In this document: piece by piece, positions 27,400 to 36,867 of the stretch | Layout: each line of letters begins with the position of its first letter | Numbering within the stretch: the stretch's first letter is position 1 | NCBI GenBank assembly: GCA_046328475.1 | Contig: JAXLWN010000007.1 | Location: 20,001 to 84,000 of the forward strand | Direction: 5' to 3' | Source of the DNA: Chloroflexia bacterium | Lineage (GTDB): Bacteria > Chloroflexota > Chloroflexia > Thermomicrobiales > CADCWN01 | Length of the DNA: 64,000 nucleotides | Notes under the pieces: model-generated | The model's input: the letters and a program-made list of their open reading frames with translations, nothing else | Database searches by the model: none | Told to the model about the DNA's origin: nothing | Program-made: the position numbers and the translations under genes

Positions 27400-27984
27400 A
27401 TGGACGCGGTGCTAGCACGGTTCAGGGAGATGGCGATCGCCGCCGCACGCAACCCGGCCTTCATCCACCACCGCTGGTACGTCGATCACCACCTGCTGAT
27501 CGTCGAGCGGATCGCGGGCGAACTCTGCGAGCGCCACCCCGAGGCCGATGCGACCCTGGTCAATGTGCTCGTCTGGCTGCACGACTACGGCAAAGCGATC
27601 GACCGCGTCAACGAGCGCGTGGCGACGATCACGCGCGGTCGCGCGGCCTTGCTCGCCGCCGGCTTCACCGCCGAATTCGCGCACCGGGCGCTCTGGTGCT
27701 ACGAGCGCCACGAGACATACGACACCCTCGCCGACGCCCCGATCGAGGTGCAGATCGCCTCCTCGGCCGACGGCGCGGCGCACCTCGTCGGCCCCTTCTA
27801 CGCCCTCTGGTGGTACGAGAACCCCCAGCGCCCCATCGCCACCCTGCTGGCCGACAACCGGCGCAAGGCGCTCTTCGACTGGGAGCGCAAGATCGTCCTC
27901 CCCGAAGTCCGCGCCGCCTTCGCCGCCCGCCACCGCCTCCTCCTCGAACAGTGCGGCGACCTCCCCGAACGCTTCATCTCCTGA
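27400..27984 (+). CDS. HD-domain metal-dependent phosphohydrolase-like protein
   Basis: H..HD signature (HHLLIVERIAGE..VLVWLHDYGK). The start was set at MDAVLARF (27400). The upstream part of the 348-aa ORF runs through the repeat block. Confidence 0.65.
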   Translation: MDAVLARFREMAIAAARNPAFIHHRWYVDHHLLIVERIAGELCERHPEADATLVNVLVWLHDYGKAIDRVNERVATITRGRAALLAAGFTAEFAHRALWCYERHETYDTLADAPIEVQIASSADGAAHLVGPFYALWWYENPQRPIATLLADNRRKALFDWERKIVLPEVRAAFAARHRLLLEQCGDLPERFIS

Positions 27985-28010
27985 TCCCATAGTCTGACTT
28001 CCGCCCGCTC

Positions 28011-30266
28011 CTACCGGAGCGCGCGGACGACGCGCTCCGGGGTGATGGGGAGTTCGTGGACGCGGGCACCGGAGGCGGCGGCGATGGCATTGGCGAGGGC
28101 GGCGGCGGGCGGCACGAGCGGCGGCTCGCCGACGCCCTTGGCACCGAACGGGGTGGTGGGGGCCGGGTGTTCGAGGATGATCGCCTCGATCGGCGGGGTG
28201 GTGTTGGCGCGCGGCAGGGCGTAGTCGAGCAGGGTGGCGGTGAGGAGCGTGCCCGACTCGTCGTACTCCATCCCCTCGTAGAGGCCCCAGCCGAAGCCCT
28301 GCACCGTGCCACCGATGATCTGCCCCTCGACCAGCGCCGGGTTGATCGCCCGCCCCGCGTCCTGCACGGCGACGTAGCGGAGGATCGCGGTCTCGCCGGT
28401 CTCGGGATCGACGCGGACGCGCGCGAGGTGGGCGGTCGCGGCGGAGAAGCCCTGTTGCAGGGCGACCGTGCCGCTGGCGTAGACCGGGGCGTAGTTGCCC
28501 CCAAAGACCATCGTCAGGCGGGTGAGGTCGGCGATCGGGCGCGAGCGGTCGGGCACGCCGCGCACCCGCACGGTGTCGCCGACGATCTCCAGATCATCGG
28601 GGATCGACTCCAGCTCCTCGGCGGCGATGGCGAGGAGCTGGCGGCGGGCTTCGGAGGCGGCCTGCACGATGGCCGCGCCGACGGTGAAGGTGGTCTTGCT
28701 GCCGCCCGCCGCCCCGGCGTAGGGCGCGGCGAGCGAGTCGGGCGCGACGATGCGCACGCGCGACAGGTCCATGCCGAACGCCTCCGCCGCCATCAGCGCG
28801 AGGGAGGTGTTCGAGCCGGAGATATCCTGCGAGCCGATCATCACGTCGAGGGTGCCGTCGGCGTCGAGGCGGCAGACGGCGGAGGCCGGTTCGCGCGAGC
28901 CGCCCCACGCGCCGACCGCGACGCCGAGGCCCTCGTGCTCGCCGAGCGGTTCGGCGTAGGCGGGGTGCTGTTGCAACGCTTCCAGGCACTCGCGCAGGGC
29001 GATCAGCTTCCAGGCGGAGCCGTCGGGGCGCGGGTCGCCCTCGCCCGCGACGTTCTGGAGGCGGAAGGCGAGCTCGTCCAGGCCCAGTTCGCGGGCCATG
29101 ATGCTCATGTTCGACTCGATCGCGAAGACGGCTTGCGGCCCGCCCGGCGCGCGATAGGAGCCCTGCAAGACGGTGTTGGTGTAGGCGTCGAAACCCTCGA
29201 TGTCGAGGTGCGGGATGCGGTAGCAGGAGCCGAGCAGCGAGCAGAGTCCGGCGGTCGGCACATCGTGCCCGGCGACGCCGATATCGACCGTCACGCGTGC
29301 CTTAAGGGCGAGCAAGGTGCCGTCGCGCCGCGCGCCGGTGGTGAGGGCGATGGTGCAGGCGGGGGCCGGGTTCATCGCCAGTTGCTCCTCGGTGCGGCTG
29401 AGGACGAGGCGCACCGGGCGGCGCAACTGGCGGGCGAGCAGGCCGACCAGCGGCTCGTAGACCGGGAGGTATTTGCCGCCGAAGCCGCCGCCCACGGCGG
29501 TCGCGGTGACACGCACGCGATGCGCGGGGAGGCCGACCGCGCCCGCGACGGCGTCGCGACAGGCGAACATGCCCTGGGTGGCGGTCCAGACCTGGAGGGT
29601 GCCGGTGGGATCGGGGGCGGCGACCATCGCGTGGGGCTCGACGTACCCCTGGTGGGTGCGGCGGGTGCGGTAGGTGCGCGTGACGACGACGTCAGACGCG
29701 GCGAGGCCGCGCGCGATGTCGCCCCGGTGGAAGTGGATGTGGCCGGAGACGTTGGGGCCGAGCGGGCGTTCCTCGGCCGCGCCCACGGTCACATCGGTGT
29801 GCGCCGCGCCCGGCTCGCCGCCGAGCATCGTCGCGTCCACGGCGCGGGGGGTGTCGGGGAGTAGCGCCGTCTCGATGTAGAGGGTGGCGGGGAGCGGCTC
29901 GTACTCGACCTGACTCAGCGCGGCGGCGTCGGTGGCGATCGCCTCGGACTCGGCGACGACGACCGCGATGGGCTGGCCGTAGTAGGAGGCGCGACCGATG
30001 CCCAGCGGCGGCGGGGAGGGGCGCTTGCGCCAGTGCGGCTCCAGGTCGGCCCCGCTGTAAACCGCGAGGACGCCAGGGAGGGCGCTGGCTGCGGCGGTGT
30101 CGAAGCCGACGATCCGGGCGCTGGCGTGGGGGCTGGTGACCAGCCGGGCGTGGGCCATCCCGGGCAGGGCGAGGTCGGCCGCGAACAATTCGGTGCCGAT
30201 CAGCTTCTCGTATGAATCGATGCGCTTCGTGGGGGTGCCGACATAGTGCAAGGTCGTCGCCATCAT
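28011..30266 (-). CDS. Xanthine dehydrogenase / aldehyde oxidase family molybdopterin-binding (large) subunit
   Basis: The N-terminal a/b-hammerhead region reads YVGTPTKRIDSYEKLIGTELFAADL..ARLVTSPHASARIVGFD. Two Mo-binding domains follow, and the C-terminus reads FGAKGVGEPPLVPPAAALANAI. The start was set at MMATTLHYVG (30266). Confidence 0.9.
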   Translation of the reverse strand: MMATTLHYVGTPTKRIDSYEKLIGTELFAADLALPGMAHARLVTSPHASARIVGFDTAAASALPGVLAVYSGADLEPHWRKRPSPPPLGIGRASYYGQPIAVVVAESEAIATDAAALSQVEYEPLPATLYIETALLPDTPRAVDATMLGGEPGAAHTDVTVGAAEERPLGPNVSGHIHFHRGDIARGLAASDVVVTRTYRTRRTHQGYVEPHAMVAAPDPTGTLQVWTATQGMFACRDAVAGAVGLPAHRVRVTATAVGGGFGGKYLPVYEPLVGLLARQLRRPVRLVLSRTEEQLAMNPAPACTIALTTGARRDGTLLALKARVTVDIGVAGHDVPTAGLCSLLGSCYRIPHLDIEGFDAYTNTVLQGSYRAPGGPQAVFAIESNMSIMARELGLDELAFRLQNVAGEGDPRPDGSAWKLIALRECLEALQQHPAYAEPLGEHEGLGVAVGAWGGSREPASAVCRLDADGTLDVMIGSQDISGSNTSLALMAAEAFGMDLSRVRIVAPDSLAAPYAGAAGGSKTTFTVGAAIVQAASEARRQLLAIAAEELESIPDDLEIVGDTVRVRGVPDRSRPIADLTRLTMVFGGNYAPVYASGTVALQQGFSAATAHLARVRVDPETGETAILRYVAVQDAGRAINPALVEGQIIGGTVQGFGWGLYEGMEYDESGTLLTATLLDYALPRANTTPPIEAIILEHPAPTTPFGAKGVGEPPLVPPAAALANAIAAASGARVHELPITPERVVRALR

Positions 30267-30605
30267 TGTCCCTTTCCAACACACGGCAAATGTCGGGCGA
30301 ATTGTACGGCACTGGTCGCCTGTTACGATGGGGGAGGGGGGGCGAAAAGTAGGTTTGTTTTTGCATTTTTGCTTTTTCTTTTTCTCTTTCCCTGGGGGCG
30401 AGGGCGGGGAGGGAGGCCCTCCATCCCCCAATGCTGGGGGACTTTACGGCGGTGGCGCTGGTGATGCGGGTCGGTTGGCGGTAGGTTGGCTCCCCCTACC
30501 CCCACATGTGGGGGATTTGGACGGATGGCTGAGGTGGGGGTGGTGGTCATGATGGGCCTCCTTGGGTGGGTGGCTTGGAGCACGGTGCGGGTGCCGTCTC
30601 ACGCT

Positions 30606-30628
30606 GGGCGGGTCGCGACCCGCCCTAC
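30606..30628. repeat. Single GC hairpin of the CCCTAC-flanked family
   Basis: gggcgggtcgcgacccgccctac, read directly. Confidence 0.7.
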
Positions 30629-30762
30629 CTGGATGAGGCGGCGTTGTGTCTGACGCCGCTACCTGTATCGTACCCGCCGAGGGGGGGGCGGACGTGCCAC
30701 ATTAGTGGAAAGATGACATTTGGAGTCATCGTGGCAAGGATGGGGGATTGAGTGGGGTGGGG

Positions 30763-31735
30763 TTAGTCGCGGGCGGCGTACCAGCGCAAGACGCGGAGGG
30801 CGCGCAGGTGTTCCAGCGGCTCGGGTGGCCTGCGCCTGCGTCGAGTTGGATTGGCATCTCGCCGGGTATTGGCATCGAGCGGCCAGCGGCCGTCGCTGTC
30901 GCGCTTGAGGCGACCAGGGCGATGGCTTCGGCTACGCGTTCGTCGGGGTAGACGTGGTTGGCACGGCGCAGGTATTCGAGGCCGCGCAGCAGGTCGTAGT
31001 GCCACCAGGTCGGGAAGGCGAGATTGGTCCAGGTGGCGCACCCCTTGCGGTCACGGCGATCACCTCGCCGCCGGTCGATTTCCGGCGGAAGAGGCGGCGT
31101 TCGAGCAGGTATTCCTTGCCCGCGCAGCCGGGTTTGGTCACCTCCGGCTGTTGCCGGATTGTTCGTGCGCGAGCAGGGCTTCGAGCACGATCGTAGTGCT
31201 GAAACCCAGAGGAGCGCGTCGAGCCGTTCTCGGCCTCGCAATTCCAGCCGCCATCGGGCAGTTGCTCGCCGAGCAGTCGCTCGATGATGCCCTGGACATC
31301 CTGGCCGAAGTAGGCACCGGCCGCCGCGACCTGTCCGTTGATGCAGGGTCTGCTTCGGCCTGAGAAGAAGGGGGTTGTCGCCGCCATCCGGACCCCATCC
31401 TCTGCCAGGTCACGCGGTCGCGCACGAGGCTCGCGCGCTGCGCTTCGCGCCGGTGTGGATCGAGGCCGAGGTCGCGCAGCAGCATCAGGGCGTGCATGGT
31501 GGAGGTCCAGCCGCGATTCCAGGTCGCGCCGCCCCACTGTCCGTCGGCCCTGGAGGGCGAGCAACTGCGCGCCCGCGCCCTCGGTGGCAACCCGCGCTCG
31601 CTCGGCCGCGATCGCGGGCGCATCGGTCAGGTCACGCAGCACCTGCCAGCGGATCGCCGGATCGCCAGCGAGCAGCCAGGTGATGACTGCCTGCTCGGGG
31701 TGGCGAGGCTGGCCGTTCGGGTGGGGATCGCCATC
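30763..31735 (-). pseudogene. Prenyltransferase/squalene-cyclase-repeat (terpenoid cyclase-like) gene with at least 5 frameshifts
   Basis: Colinear pieces lie in different frames: ITWLLAGDPAIRWQVLRDLTDAPAIAAERARVATEGAGAQLLALQ; RADGQWGGATWNRGWTSTMHALMLLRDLGLDP; FFSGRSRPCINGQVAAAGAYFGQDVQGIIERLLGEQLPDGGWNCEAENGSTRSS; FSTTIVLEALLAHE; GKEYLLERRLFRRKSTGGEVI; NLAFPTWWHYDLLRGLEYLRRA..DERVAEAIALV; DGRWPLD; LEHLRALRVLRWY*. Confidence 0.75.
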
Positions 31736-33042
31736 TGCCGCCCAGGGGGGCGGACCTCACCCCGCCGCCTGCGGGCGGCACCCTCTCCCGCGAGGAGAGG
31801 GGAGGTTCCGACTCCGCACGCATTTCCGCGCGACCCGATACTGGTGGTGATCGAACGCGCCAGTCGCCAACGGCGCGTTCAGCCGCGCGATCAGGGTAGC
31901 GCACGCGGCGGCCTCCTGACATGCTGATGTTCTCAGGGGGTGGGGTCGAGGACGAGCTGGGTTTGGTGATCTGGGCGAGGAGGCGACCTTCAAGGTTGGT
32001 GGTGAGGCGGGCTTTGCCAGACCTGGGTGCGTCGGCCGCGATGGGAGGGGAGGCATTCGCCGGTGACGATGCTGCCGCTCAGCGATGTTGCGTTGCGTGA
32101 CGGGTGCGCGAATGCGCGGCTTCTGCATGGCGATGGTCTCGACAAGCGTGGCAACTGCGTGTAGCATCATGGCCATCCTTGGTAGTGGGACCACATGATC
32201 GATGAAGAGTGTGTATGCCACCGGTGTCGTCAGCACTGGTGGGAGCTTTGGCATTGAAAGGGTACGCCATGTGGCAATGGGACAGTGATGACGAACAATC
32301 CTTCGAGGCCGAGGACCCATCGCCTCGAATATGAGGCAATGGCAAGACAAATCTGTTGATTTCGATGAACTCGCTGCTGGCTTCGATGGCGCGCCTGCTA
32401 TCGGACGTTCGCTACTCCCGCTGGGCCGTATCATCGAGGAGCCCTATCTTCAGGATCTTAGCTGGCTTGTTACTGATGGCTGGCCTGTTGAGGTGTTGGC
32501 ACTGTGGCCTCTGGTCGCATGTAGATCATCCTGATCAGCAGCATTGTGAGGAGTGCCCAAGCTCCTCTGCCGTCGTTGCTGCCGCTTGCCAGCCACCTTT
32601 TTCTTGTGGCTGAAGCGTCTGCCCCACTGCTGGGTGCGACGGGCCAGCGCGGCACTCTGCCAAGCGCAGATTGTTCGTATTGGTTGGTATTGGCCTATAC
32701 GACGGCTGTGCGCTCTGATTCGAGTTGGACTCGCCGGTGAGATTGTGCCGACCGATATATTCGTTGCGCCGAGCGAGCTGGAAGAGATCGTCCCTAAGCA
32801 TTTTGCCGAAACCAGATCATGTGCCTGCGGATTGTGGGCTAAAGCGCTGCGATGGTGGCTGCCGTTATCGCCGGGGGATCGTCGGCCACACTGGTGGGCA
32901 CGATATGCGACTTCAGCCGTAGGGGGCGAGGCTAACGAGGCGGATGCCGAGCAGGCGGCTGAAGGGGGGCAGGCGGTCTTGCATTTCGGCGAGCGGGTTC
33001 ATGGTTGCCTCCACAGAGTTGAGCGCTCTGCCCCTCACGATT

Positions 33043-33963
33043 TCAGGGGGCGATGGCGAACTCTTCGCCGGTGAGGGCGTGGCGGCGGGCGGCCCAGGCT
33101 TCCGGTCGTTCTTCGGTGAGGAGGAAGGTGTAGCCGTCGCCGGGGACAGGGCCAACGAGCAGGGCTTCGGGGTGGAGGTGTTCGAGAGGCAGATTGGCGC
33201 GGGTGAAGGCGTCGGCGACGGTACGCAGGTCTGCAGCGAGAAGGTGGAGCAGGGCGATTTCGCCGCGATCGTGCGGGGCGTCCTGCCAGGCGCGGGTTGT
33301 AGCGACGGCGGTATTCGTCGGGGTGAGCCAGGTGGCGAGGTGGGGGCCGATCTGCACGACGGCTGAGCCTTCCTCCTCGGGGATCGGTTCGTGGGGAGCG
33401 AGGAGGGTGGCCCAGCGGATGGCGCGGGCGCGGGGATCGGGCGCGACGAGGATGACGCCGTTGATGGCGTAGGCGGTGTTGGGCGGGATCGGCACCGGGC
33501 GGGGCGAGGGGCGCTGCGCGCCATGGTAGGTCAGGGCGAAGCAGTGGGCACCGGGGAGGAGGTCGCGGGGGATCGGCTGGAAGCTCCAGGCTGGCCCGGC
33601 GTCGGACGTCGCGCACGCCCCGGCTGATGGCGGGCGGGAGGGTGTAGCCGCGCTCGCGCCATTCCTCGGCGGTGGCGGCGACATCGGGGGATTCCAGGCC
33701 GATGCCCCAGGGTCGCATGGCGGGCTGATAGGTCTGGATGCCGGGGACGCCACTGCCACCGGCGGCGAAGAGGGCGTCGTCTTCGACCCAGGCGAGTTCG
33801 AGGTATTCGGGGCCGAGCATGATGAAGCCGTTGCGCAGGCCGGGGTCGTGGCGCACGGTCGTCGCTTCGGGGAGGAAGCCACTGACGGTAGAGGTCGAGT
33901 TGGGCCCTCGATGGTGGCGGCGCGGGTCGAGGTGATGAAATGCTCCATGCGAATGGGGTGCAT
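33043..33963 (-). pseudogene. Glyoxalase-like (VOC superfamily) domain protein with at least 2 frameshifts
   Basis: MHPIRMEHFITSTR.. is in one frame. TVRHDPGLRNGFIMLGPEYLELAWVEDDALFAAGG..RPWGIGLESPDVAATAEEWRERGY is in a second frame. PGAHCFALTYHGAQ..INGVILVAPDPRARAIRWATLL..EIALLHLLAADLRTVADAF is back in the first frame. Confidence 0.55.
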
Positions 33964-33982
33964 TGGGCCTCCGGGGTGTGAA

Positions 33983-34017
33983 GGGAGAGGGGAGAGGGGA
34001 GAGGGGAGAAGGGAGAA
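33983..34017. repeat. Tandem heptamer array (GGGAGAG)3(GGGAGAA)2
   Basis: Read directly, upstream of the VOC-like remnant. Confidence 0.85.
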
Positions 34018-34154
34018 GGATGAGGCGTGGGCTGATGTTGAAAGTGAGTGGAGTTCCGATTGCTCCGCCCGGAGATAAATCTCCGTTATACACGCGCCGG
34101 ATGAATCCGGCTTGGGCGGGGCATGGCGGGCAGGGTTGGCGTGGGGGGTAATCC

Positions 34155-35087
34155 TCATGCGTTCGACCTCGGGTGGGTGCCGTTGGCGGGGAGGAGGGCT
34201 GCGCAGACGGCGAAGTTGAGGGGGGTGGGGACGTTGTGTTCGCGGCCGAGGCGGACGATCGCGCCGTTAAAGGCGTCGAGTTCGATGCGGCGTCCGGCGG
34301 CGAGGTCGCGGCTGAGGGAGCTGCGGACGGTGGGGGAGGCACCGGCGAGGACGGCGAGCTGGCGCGCGATGGCGTCGTCGGGGAGTTGCACGCCGAGGGC
34401 GCGGGCGACGGCGACGGCTTCTTCCATCATGCCGCGACAGAGGGCGAAGGTCTCGGGACAGGAGCAGAGGGCGCGATAGGGGAGGCGGGTGAGGCCGCTG
34501 AGGCTGCCACCGGCGACGATGGAGAGGAATTTCTCCCAGAGGACAACGCGGATATTGGGGCTGAGTTCGGCGGCAAGCCCGGCGGCGTGGAAGGTCTTCA
34601 GGAGTTGCTCGGTGCGCGGGCTGGTGCCGCCCGCGAGTTCGCCAAAGCGGAGGTGGCCGGAGAGGCCGCCCTCGACGATCAGGCCGGGCGCGGCGACGTG
34701 CGCGGTGCGGTAGACCACGCCGCCGAGAACGGCGTTGAGACCGACGACGCGGGCGATGCGGTCTTCGTTGTCCACGCCGTTCTGGAGGGAGAGGACGAGT
34801 GTGGCCGGTCCCATCAGCGGTGGCAGGCGGGCGGCGAGGGCGTCGGTGTCGTAGGACTTGACGCCGAAGATGACGAGATCGACCGGGCCGATGTCGCGCG
34901 GGTCGTCGCTGGCGGCGACGGCGACGGTGAATTCGCCCGCCTCGTCCGAGCGGAGGGTGAGGCCGCGCTCGCGGATGGCCTGGAGGTGCGCGCCGCGCGC
35001 GATGCAGGCGACCTCGTGCCCGGCGCGGGCGAGCATCGCGCCGTAGTAGCCTCCGAGGCCGCCGGTTCCGGCGATGGCGACGCGCAT
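34155..35087 (-). CDS. panE: 2-dehydropantoate 2-reductase (ketopantoate reductase, ApbA/PanE family)
   Basis: MRVAIAGTGGLGGYYGAMLARAGHEV (Rossmann), LQNGV, and the C-terminal ApbA_C region SSLSRDLAAGRRIELDAFNGAIVRLG. The start was set at 35087. Confidence 0.85.
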   Translation of the reverse strand: MRVAIAGTGGLGGYYGAMLARAGHEVACIARGAHLQAIRERGLTLRSDEAGEFTVAVAASDDPRDIGPVDLVIFGVKSYDTDALAARLPPLMGPATLVLSLQNGVDNEDRIARVVGLNAVLGGVVYRTAHVAAPGLIVEGGLSGHLRFGELAGGTSPRTEQLLKTFHAAGLAAELSPNIRVVLWEKFLSIVAGGSLSGLTRLPYRALCSCPETFALCRGMMEEAVAVARALGVQLPDDAIARQLAVLAGASPTVRSSLSRDLAAGRRIELDAFNGAIVRLGREHNVPTPLNFAVCAALLPANGTHPRSNA

Positions 35088-35145
35088 GGGGCACCTCCTG
35101 GCGGGGATTGTACTGTAGTGGGGGCGTGAGAAAGGACGGGTGAAC

Positions 35146-35257
35146 CGCCAAGACGCCAAGGAGACGCCAAGGACGCCAAGACGAAGGACGATTTTACCGC
35201 AGAGGACGCAGAGGGCGCAGAGGACGTAGAGACGAGGAGAGAAGAGAGAGGAGAGAT
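35146..35257. repeat. Cluster of short tandem repeats: CGCCAAG-core repeats, then a 9-nt periodic run (ACGCAGAGG GCGCAGAGG ACGTAGAGA CGAGGAGAG..)
   Basis: Read directly, in the divergent panE / DUF4291 intergenic region. Confidence 0.8.
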
Positions 35258-35393
35258 GGATTGGTACAGGGGGACATGGGAGAGGGATGAGAGACGGTAG
35301 ACGGTCGAGATGGGATTTTTGTCGCTTTACCGGTTGGCATGCCTGACGCTACACTCGGCTTGGTGGGTGAACACGGGAGGTTGGGCGCGAACG

Positions 35394-35987
35394 ATGCCAG
35401 CGACATATGAGATTCGCGCGGATTATGACGCGCAGACGATTGTGGTTTATCAGGCGTATGCCCCGGCCATTGCTCTGCCCGCCCTCGCGGCGCAACGGTT
35501 TGTCCCGCCTTTTTCGTTCGGTCGGATGACCTGGATCAAGCCGTCGTTCCTGTGGCTGATGGAGCGGAGCAACTGGGGGCAGAAGGCCGGACAAGAGCAG
35601 ATCCTGGCGGTGCGCATCAGGCGCGAGGGCTGGGATGCGGCCCTCGCGCAGGGGGTGCTCACATCGTATGAGCCGCGTGCCCACCGCGACCAGCGTGCGT
35701 GGCAAGCCCAATTTGACCAGGCGCTCGTCCATGTGCAGTGGGATCCTGAGCGTTCGATCCGGGGCGCGGGCTTGCCCTACGACAGCATCCAGGTAGGACT
35801 CAGCCGCCATGTCATCCGGCGCTACGTGGATGAGTGGACGGTGGGTATCAGCGACTACACCCCGCTCGTGCGGAAGATTGCGGGACTCATCAAGGCCGGG
35901 CAGGTGGCACAAGCGCGCAAGCTGCTGCCTGTCGAGCGGGTGTATCCGGTCGATCCGGAGGTCGGGCGACGATTGCTGATCGCCTAA
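35394..35987 (+). CDS. DUF4291-domain protein
   Basis: [67 protein letters not shown] matches my recollection of the DUF4291 core. ATG is at 35394. Confidence 0.7.
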   Translation: MPATYEIRADYDAQTIVVYQAYAPAIALPALAAQRFVPPFSFGRMTWIKPSFLWLMERSNWGQKAGQEQILAVRIRREGWDAALAQGVLTSYEPRAHRDQRAWQAQFDQALVHVQWDPERSIRGAGLPYDSIQVGLSRHVIRRYVDEWTVGISDYTPLVRKIAGLIKAGQVAQARKLLPVERVYPVDPEVGRRLLIA

Positions 35988-36037
35988 TAGCCGGTCTGCG
36001 GCCAAACCCACTTGTGTAGGCATGCGCCACACGAGGC

Positions 36038-36062
36038 GGGCGACGCGCCGAGTCGCCCCTAC
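36038..36062. repeat. Single GC hairpin of the CCCTAC-flanked family
   Basis: gggcgac-gcgccga-gtcgcccctac, lying between convergent genes. Confidence 0.7.
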
Positions 36063-36075
36063 GAGGGGCAGTGGG

Positions 36076-36867
36076 TTAGCGTTGCGCCAATACCTCTTCG
36101 CGGCGCCAGGTGGCGGCGGCGATGGTGATGAGGAGGATGTCGGCGAGGACGAGGCCGAGGATGACGGCGATGAGGGCGAGGTTGCCCCAGTCCTGGAGTT
36201 TGAGGGAGAGGACGAAGATGCCGCCCCAGAAGGGGAAGAGGGCGAGGCCGCCGAGTTGCTGCGCGGTGTTGAAGGTGCGCACGCGCGAGGAGATCAGGCT
36301 GGCGACGCCCGCCGCGAAGATGGCGACGGCGGGGATGAGCGCGAGCAGGGCGAGGGAGAGGCCGGGCGGGAGCAGTCGCAGCTTGTCGGGGCCGACGACG
36401 ATGGCGAGGCTGGTGAGGTAGACGATTTCCGCGACGATCGAGAAGAGGAACGCGGGGAGGACCGAGCCGAGGATTTTGCCGCCGAAGATGGCGAAGTTCG
36501 ACGCGGGCGAGGCGAGGAGCGGCGCGAGGTTTCCCTTCTCCATCTCGCCCGCGAACTGGCCGGAGGCGACGCCGACCGCGCCGGTGGCGGGCACGAGGCC
36601 GATCGAGAGGAGGTAGATCGCCAGGGCCGTGCCGAGCGCGTCCGTTCGGCCCCCCGCAACGAGGGTGTCGACCTGGCGGCTGATGACGCCCACAACCATG
36701 CCGATCGGGAAGATGAGCGCGAAGAAGAGGTTGAAGCCGAGCGACATGCGGTCGCGCAGCGATTCGAGCGCGCCGCGCCGCGCGATCAGCAGCAGCGTGC
36801 GGGCGTCGCTGGGGCGGTTGAACGGGGTGGGCGTCGGCCCGGTGGTGGGCAATGGTGTGCTGCTCAT
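36076..36867 (-). CDS. ABC-2 type transporter permease
   Basis: About 6 TM helices. It overlaps the upstream ATPase gene by 4 nt. Composition is typical of ABC-2 exporters. Confidence 0.75.
   Translation of the reverse strand: MSSTPLPTTGPTPTPFNRPSDARTLLLIARRGALESLRDRMSLGFNLFFALIFPIGMVVGVISRQVDTLVAGGRTDALGTALAIYLLSIGLVPATGAVGVASGQFAGEMEKGNLAPLLASPASNFAIFGGKILGSVLPAFLFSIVAEIVYLTSLAIVVGPDKLRLLPPGLSLALLALIPAVAIFAAGVASLISSRVRTFNTAQQLGGLALFPFWGGIFVLSLKLQDWGNLALIAVILGLVLADILLITIAAATWRREEVLAQR

Noticed and set aside
30323-30550. 75-codon ORF with a strong Shine-Dalgarno upstream of the Mo-hydroxylase gene (MTTTPTSAIRPNPPHVGVGG..KRKRKSKNAK..).
   Set aside because: Its codon usage is unlike that of neighbouring genes: low GC3, with AAA/AGA runs. 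It is composed largely of homopolymer-derived Pro/Gly/Lys tracts and overlaps the palindromes. I kept it as a note in a finding rather than calling it a feature.
30267-30560. Possible Moco riboswitch in the leader of the molybdopterin-hydroxylase gene.
   Set aside because: I could not recognise the conserved Moco-motif helices or loops by eye. Only G-tracts and small palindromes are evident. A covariance-model search (Rfam RF01055) would be needed to decide.
32913-32999. 29-aa N-terminal fragment resembling a PaaI/hotdog thioesterase (MNPLAEMQDRLPPFSRLLGIRLVSLAPYG*).
   Set aside because: It is too short, and I could not follow the family into any frame downstream. It may be a fragment or a coincidence.
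31930-33000. Transposase or IS remnant suspected in the A/T-richer, stop-rich stretch.
   Set aside because: I could find no DDE, HTH or Tn3-like motifs and no terminal inverted repeats in any frame. The stretch is left unassigned.
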